A stretch of 32,000 bases of DNA from Promethearchaeum syntrophicum (GTDB lineage Archaea > Asgardarchaeota > Lokiarchaeia > Sigyniarchaeales > Promethearchaeaceae). Positions 28,166 through 32,000 of the stretch are shown piece by piece; position 1 is the first letter of the stretch; the number at the start of each line of letters is the position of its first letter. The notes under the pieces were generated by a model. That model did not search any database. It saw only the letters and a list, made by a program, of their open reading frames with translations, and was not told the origin of the DNA. The stretch lies in contig NZ_CP042905.2 of NCBI RefSeq assembly GCF_008000775.2, positions 60,001 through 92,000 of the forward strand. The letters are read 5' to 3'. Position numbers and translations under genes: made by a program.

Positions 28166-30286
28166 TTATTTCATAATTTTGAGCCCATTTTTAAGCGAGA
28201 TGGAGAGCCTTTTATTGATTTTAGCGAGAATGGGATCGTTGGGGGGCAATTTTAGTTCGAGAATTTCTCTTTCACGGTGTCCTGCTTCCCATCCTAATCT
28301 TTCTTCTTCATCGCTGGTTAGGGATTTGAGATTGTCAGAATATTGCTGCGCGAGTTGGGAGGGGGATTTCCTATAATAGTTATAGAGTTCTTCTGGATTT
28401 CCATGTTGGTAATGTTCGATTAGATTTTTCCCTTTTGGGGTTAGATTGTCGATATTTAAAGCTTCTTCTTTAATTCCTTCCCAAACGGTGTAATCAAAGA
28501 TATTTTTTGGGATATTAGAGAGTGAGCGAAGGGGCAGACCCCAAATGGATAGGATTTGGAGTTTTTGTAATGATGCGATAAAATCAGGGATAATTTCGAA
28601 TTGATTTCCCCCTCCGATATCAATTTCCGTGAGATTCTTTAAGTTTTTCATGGATTCGGGCATGAATTGAAAATTATTGCCATAACACACGAGTCCTTCA
28701 ATGTTTGTTAGGCTTCCGAGCCACTTTGGGAGGATGGAGAGATTTGTATTTGTGAAAAGGAGACTTGTGAGATTTTTAAGATATTTGATGCTTGGGGGGA
28801 GTCGGTTGATCTTACATTCTTCTATATGAAGGGTTTCGAGCTTGGAAAATTTTTGAAATTTAATTTTTTTGATTTCGGATTCATTAAGTCGTGATAGATA
28901 GATTTCTTTAAGTTGTGTGAGTTTATTGATGGATGGCGGAATTTTCGTAGGAATAGGATTTATAATTGATATGGATGTCAAAGATGTGAGTGTGTCGATG
29001 TTTTCTGGGATAGGGAGCTTTGTTAAATTTAGTTGTGTGATTTGACCATGAGAGATTTTAATACTATTTGTGGTGCCTGCTTGTAATGAGAAGGATTTGT
29101 CATATTTTTCTTCAAGTTTTCTAATAAAATCTGCTTGATTTTTTAAGATAGGTTTATTTTTATATTTGGAGTATTGTTTTTGAATTTCTCTCTCTTTTTG
29201 AATTCTTCTTTCGATTGTATTAATAAATTTAATGATAAGATTTGGGGAAGCGCTTTTATGATATTGGTGGAAGTTTTTTTTAACATTGAAAGTACTAAAT
29301 TCAGCTAAATTTTGTAATTTTGAACGAAATAACTGGAGTTCTGATGTGCTGGCTTCCCACAATAATCGATTCCGATCTTCACCGGTTAGTGAGTTAAAAT
29401 CGTTAAGGAATTGTTTTGCGAGTTTTTGAGGGGATTTTTGGTAATATTGGAGTAATCCTTTAATGTCGCCGCTATTGAATAGTTTAGAACCTGTAGGAGA
29501 TAGAAAGAGATCTGAAGAGTCATTTTTATAGCTTTTTATGAATTCAGCGATAAATTTTTGAGGAATATTGGAGAGTGATCGGAGAGGGTTGTCGAAAAAA
29601 GATAGTTTTATTAAATTGGGGAATATAGAGATGAAATCTGGTATGGATTCAAACCTATTTTTAAAAATAACTAATTTCGAAAGATCAGTTAGATTTTTGA
29701 GAGTTTTCGGTAATGTGGAAATGGAACATTCAGAAATAGTAAGTTCATTAAGTGATAAAAGTTTTCCGAGTCTTTTTGGAATTGTTTTAATAGGGTTACC
29801 ATTAAGTGAGAGTTTTTTCAGATTTGGAATCTTTTCAATGTTCATCGGTAATTCGGAGAGACCACAATATGTGATATAAAGAATTTGAAGTTTCGAGAAG
29901 TGTTGGAATGGGAGATCGATTGATTTAAGTTTTATAGAATCAATATGAATCCTGATAAGGTTTGTGAGTTTGCTAAACGATGGCGGTAATTCGGAGATAT
30001 TTTGATTTTCAATGGTTAAATACTCAAGATTGGTCAAATTTCCGATGTTTTCGGGTAACTTATCGATTCTGTTAAAATTATTTTTTAAGTGTCCTCTAAT
30101 ACCTAGTGCAACAATGTTATAATCAACAACTCTATAACTCGCAGGTTTTCCTATGAGATGTTCAAGTTCGATAAGGACTTCTACATTGCTTTTAACCAAT
30201 GCTTGCCCGTTGTAGTTCATGAGTTCTTCGGATTGGTTTCGATGAATTTTAAGGACAGCGTTCTTTTCTTTGTTCTCCATTCTCAT
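28166..30286 (-). CDS. Leucine-rich-repeat protein with an internally duplicated architecture: two copies of an LRR block followed by a ~90-aa helical module
   Basis: 706 aa. Units of 22-24 aa of the form LxxLxxLxLxxNxLxxLPxxIxxL occur in two blocks. Each block is followed by PLRSLSNIP...YY(Q/R)KSP(Q/S)xLAxQ(F/Y)...SLT(G/S)(E/D)(D/E)xxRLxWEA. Confidence 0.85.
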   Translation of the reverse strand: MRMENKEKNAVLKIHRNQSEELMNYNGQALVKSNVEVLIELEHLIGKPASYRVVDYNIVALGIRGHLKNNFNRIDKLPENIGNLTNLEYLTIENQNISELPPSFSKLTNLIRIHIDSIKLKSIDLPFQHFSKLQILYITYCGLSELPMNIEKIPNLKKLSLNGNPIKTIPKRLGKLLSLNELTISECSISTLPKTLKNLTDLSKLVIFKNRFESIPDFISIFPNLIKLSFFDNPLRSLSNIPQKFIAEFIKSYKNDSSDLFLSPTGSKLFNSGDIKGLLQYYQKSPQKLAKQFLNDFNSLTGEDRNRLLWEASTSELQLFRSKLQNLAEFSTFNVKKNFHQYHKSASPNLIIKFINTIERRIQKEREIQKQYSKYKNKPILKNQADFIRKLEEKYDKSFSLQAGTTNSIKISHGQITQLNLTKLPIPENIDTLTSLTSISIINPIPTKIPPSINKLTQLKEIYLSRLNESEIKKIKFQKFSKLETLHIEECKINRLPPSIKYLKNLTSLLFTNTNLSILPKWLGSLTNIEGLVCYGNNFQFMPESMKNLKNLTEIDIGGGNQFEIIPDFIASLQKLQILSIWGLPLRSLSNIPKNIFDYTVWEGIKEEALNIDNLTPKGKNLIEHYQHGNPEELYNYYRKSPSQLAQQYSDNLKSLTSDEEERLGWEAGHREREILELKLPPNDPILAKINKRLSISLKNGLKIMK

Positions 30287-30326
30287 TTCACGAATTGGTA
30301 TGTATTTTTGGACCTTTTACTTTATC

Positions 30327-30335
30327 ATTATATAA
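30327..30335 (-). promoter_or_regulatory. Candidate TATA box of the 706-aa LRR gene
   Basis: The reverse strand reads TTATATAAT about 40-50 nt upstream of the ATG at 30286. The same TTATATAAT lies at the equivalent distance upstream of the second LRR gene. Confidence 0.4.
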
Positions 30336-30415
30336 TATATGGGATTCGGGTTAAAATATTTAACGGATCGACAATTTATCGTGTGAAAATTGTGCGTCCC
30401 AGTTAATCGGATGTT

Positions 30416-30442
30416 TTTACCTTAGGTAACTAAAAGTAAAAA
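30416..30442 (-). promoter_or_regulatory. Conserved 27-nt upstream element shared by both LRR genes (copy upstream of the 706-aa gene)
   Basis: TTTACCTTAGGTAACTAAAAGTAAAAA matches the reverse complement of 31004-31030 at 25 of 27 positions. Both copies sit 110-156 nt upstream of their gene in the same relative orientation. Confidence 0.6.
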
Positions 30443-30503
30443 AAGAACGAAAAAAATAAAAATATCGAAAAAATAAAAAAAATTATAGAAAAAAAAAGAC
30501 GGA

Positions 30504-30800
30504 TTATGGTGTATATTCGTGATTGCTGTTTCCTTGAACGAAATTAGTTCCATATTCAGAAATAAATATACTATTTACTGAAAAAAAGTTGCCACCGTTT
30601 TCATATTTAGATCCCAAGTGCCCGACCATTAGATAATGGAGCATTGCGTTTACAATGAAAACGCCTGAGAGTATCCTATGTGTCTCAATGTCATAAAGTT
30701 CCAAGTTGGATTCATAAGCGTTTTCGTAATAGTACCAGTATCCTTGTGTGTCGGCAACAAATAAGTTGGGGTGAGATGTTAGAATATTGACAGACATCAC
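30504..30800 (-). CDS. Questionable small ORF (98 aa) whose first ~12 codons lie inside direct-repeat copy B
   Basis: This is an ORF-track entry only. The sequence is Tyr/Asn-rich with no recognised motif, and the start codon is supplied by the repeat. Confidence 0.25.
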   Translation of the reverse strand: MMSVNILTSHPNLFVADTQGYWYYYENAYESNLELYDIETHRILSGVFIVNAMLHYLMVGHLGSKYENGGNFFSVNSIFISEYGTNFVQGNSNHEYTP

Positions 30801-30917
30801 ATGAACAGAAACAGATTTGAAGAAATTGTAGGTTTGATATAGATAGGGGTAGTAGAAAGATATTGAAGTAATGTTGGTACGGTTTGTAGAGCAAGGCTTT
30901 GTCGTGGGCTTTTAACT
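30764..30917 (+). repeat. Direct repeat, copy B (about 154 nt), between the two divergent LRR genes
   Basis: See copy A. It has the same sharp boundaries, and the sequence outside both ends is unrelated between the two copies. Confidence 0.85.
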
Positions 30918-31003
30918 TCTTTATTTAATTTAAATATTTATATTGTTAATTTGAGTAATATTTGTTAAATTTTAATTACAGTCTTTTTTCTCTCTACATT
31001 TAA

Positions 31004-31030
31004 TTTTTACTTTCAGTGACCTAAGGTAAA
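31004..31030 (+). promoter_or_regulatory. Conserved 27-nt upstream element (copy upstream of the second LRR gene)
   Basis: TTTTTACTTTCAGTGACCTAAGGTAAA. A further shared block lies downstream: ATAAATCGCCGATTCGTTAAAT here, against ATAAATTGTCGATCCGTTAAAT on the reverse strand upstream of the first gene. Confidence 0.6.
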
Positions 31031-31093
31031 TCTTTTTGATCGCCAAATTTTTTAGCAATAAATCGCCGATTCGTTAAATTTAATTACTCAAAC

Positions 31094-31103
31094 TTTATAT
31101 AAT
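31094..31103 (+). promoter_or_regulatory. Candidate TATA box of the second LRR gene
   Basis: TTTATATAAT lies about 40 nt upstream of the ATG at 31140. Confidence 0.4.
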
Positions 31104-31139
31104 ATACGGAGACAAAAATTAGTAAATGGGATTCAAGGA

Positions 31140-32000
31140 ATGAAAAAACGCACTAAAAAATCTTCTGTAAAAACAACTAGACATCAAAGAAATCCCGTAA
31201 AATACCCAGGTATAGTAATAAAAAATGGACATTTGACGATTCTCCCCGAGAATATCAAAAATCTGAAATTTCTCGAAATTATGAATTTAAGTAATAAACG
31301 GTTAACATCACTCCCAGAAAATATCGGAGATCTAAGATCTCTAAAAAATTTAGATTTATCAGATAATCAGTTAACAAAACTCCCGGAAAGCATCGGAAAT
31401 CTAACATCTCTAAAAATTTTAGATTTATCAGATAACCAGATAACAAAACTCCCGGAAAGCATCGGAAATCTAACATCTCTAAAAATTTTAGATTTATCAG
31501 ATAACCAGATAACAAAACTCCCAGAAAGCATTGGAAATTTGAAATCACTTGAAAAGTTGAATTTACGAGGTTTTCAGATACCGACACTTCCGTATGAGAT
31601 TGAAAATCTGAAAATATCCGAAATGATAAATTTAAGACACAAATGGTTAATATCGCTCCCAGAAAGCATCGGAAATCTAACATCTCTAAAAAATTTAGAT
31701 TTATCTTATAATCAATTAACCAAACTCCCAGAAAGCATCGGAAACCTGAAATCACTTGAAAAGTTGAATTTATATGCTAATCGAATAAAAACACTACCGG
31801 AAAGTATTGGAAATCTATCTTCTCTAAGAGATTTAAATTTATCACTCTTATTTTTTAATTCACTACCGAAAAGCTTAGGAAATTTGAAATTACTCGAAAA
31901 TTTGGAATTATCATCTAATGTATTACCTTTTCTTCCAGAGGAGATCGGAAATCTAACATCTTTACAAAGTTTAGATTTAACATCTAATCAGTTAACAACC
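31140..32000 (+). CDS. Leucine-rich-repeat protein, 5' part (continues past the window end); absent from the ORF track
   Basis: Manual translation from the ATG at 31140 gives MKKRTKKSSVKTTRHQRNPVKYPGIVIKNGHLTILPENIKNLKFLEIMNLSNKRLTSLPENIGDLRSLKNLDLSDNQLTKLPESIGNLTSLKILDLSDNQITKLPESIGNL... There are at least 11 consecutive 23-aa LRR units, open to position 32000. Confidence 0.85.
   Translation, partial: MKKRTKKSSVKTTRHQRNPVKYPGIVIKNGHLTILPENIKNLKFLEIMNLSNKRLTSLPENIGDLRSLKNLDLSDNQLTKLPESIGNLTSLKILDLSDNQITKLPESIGNLTSLKILDLSDNQITKLPESIGNLKSLEKLNLRGFQIPTLPYEIENLKISEMINLRHKWLISLPESIGNLTSLKNLDLSYNQLTKLPESIGNLKSLEKLNLYANRIKTLPESIGNLSSLRDLNLSLLFFNSLPKSLGNLKLLENLELSSNVLPFLPEEIGNLTSLQSLDLTSNQLTT
31381..31518 (+). 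repeat. Perfect tandem duplication of one 69-nt (23-codon) LRR unit
   Basis: 31381-31449 and 31450-31518 are identical (TCCCGGAAAGCATCGGAAATCTAACATCTCTAAAAATTTTAGATTTATCAGATAACCAGATAACAAAAC). Confidence 0.9.

Noticed and set aside
30712-30894. 60-aa reverse ORF overlapping direct-repeat copy B
   Set aside because: It lies entirely within the repeat and AT-rich spacer, is Cys/Leu-rich low-complexity, and overlaps the equally doubtful ORF at 30504-30800.
30416-31030. A MITE or small IS bounded by 27-nt terminal inverted repeats
   Set aside because: The two arms sit at equivalent distances upstream of the two divergent LRR genes. Further shared blocks and a shared TATA-like box follow each arm. 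A duplicated and inverted promoter region explains them better than transposon ends. No transposase or target-site duplication was seen.
31279-31755. 158-aa reverse-strand ORF in the ORF track
   Set aside because: It is antisense to a much better forward-strand LRR coding frame (31140 to the window end) with canonical LxxLxLxxNxLxxLP units. The reverse ORF is a repeat-driven shadow.

Overview
This is a strongly AT-rich archaeal chromosome segment. Archaeal identity rests on TFB, aRF1, aIF1/SUI1, RpoP, an archaeal-type UMP kinase, the archaeal pantoate-kinase route to CoA, and a 23S rRNA. Several ORFs look like eukaryotic signature proteins: profilin-like, gelsolin-like, Rab-like and Arf-like small GTPases, and longin/roadblock-like domains. 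Together with the AT-richness this suggests an Asgard (Lokiarchaeia/Promethearchaeia-like) genome, but that is inference from sequence patterns, not a database result.

Layout:
- 1-21.9 kb: tightly packed core genes. Five enzymes for making 4'-phosphopantothenate are scattered through it (mfnA-like decarboxylase, panB, panE, pantoate kinase, phosphopantothenate synthetase). It also holds information-processing genes (tfb, an unlisted 47-aa rpoP, aIF1, aRF1, and a tRNA-Leu(CAA) with a non-canonical 48-nt intron) and the eukaryote-like genes.
- 21.9-23.0 kb: about 1.1 kb with no convincing gene.
- About 22.99-26.09 kb: a stand-alone 23S rRNA. No 16S or 5S is present in the window. Its flanks are complementary to each other.
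- 26.2-32.0 kb: a repeat-rich accessory region. Direct repeats of about 155-165 nt bracket a 4-TM membrane protein gene, a 53-bp phased tandem array built on a GTTGCA..ATTATCTTTG motif, and a 706-aa leucine-rich-repeat (LRR) protein. A second, divergently oriented LRR paralog follows and shares the upstream region of the first.

Most noteworthy candidate: the back-to-back genes at 6.2-8.2 kb encoding a Zn-finger protein, a profilin-like protein with a C-terminal extension, and a gelsolin-like domain fused to two TM helices. This may be a membrane-tethered actin-regulation module. The next most interesting items are an Arf-type GTPase fused to a roadblock-like domain and the repeat-bracketed LRR island next to the rRNA gene.

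All family assignments come from motif recognition by eye and need profile or structure searches.
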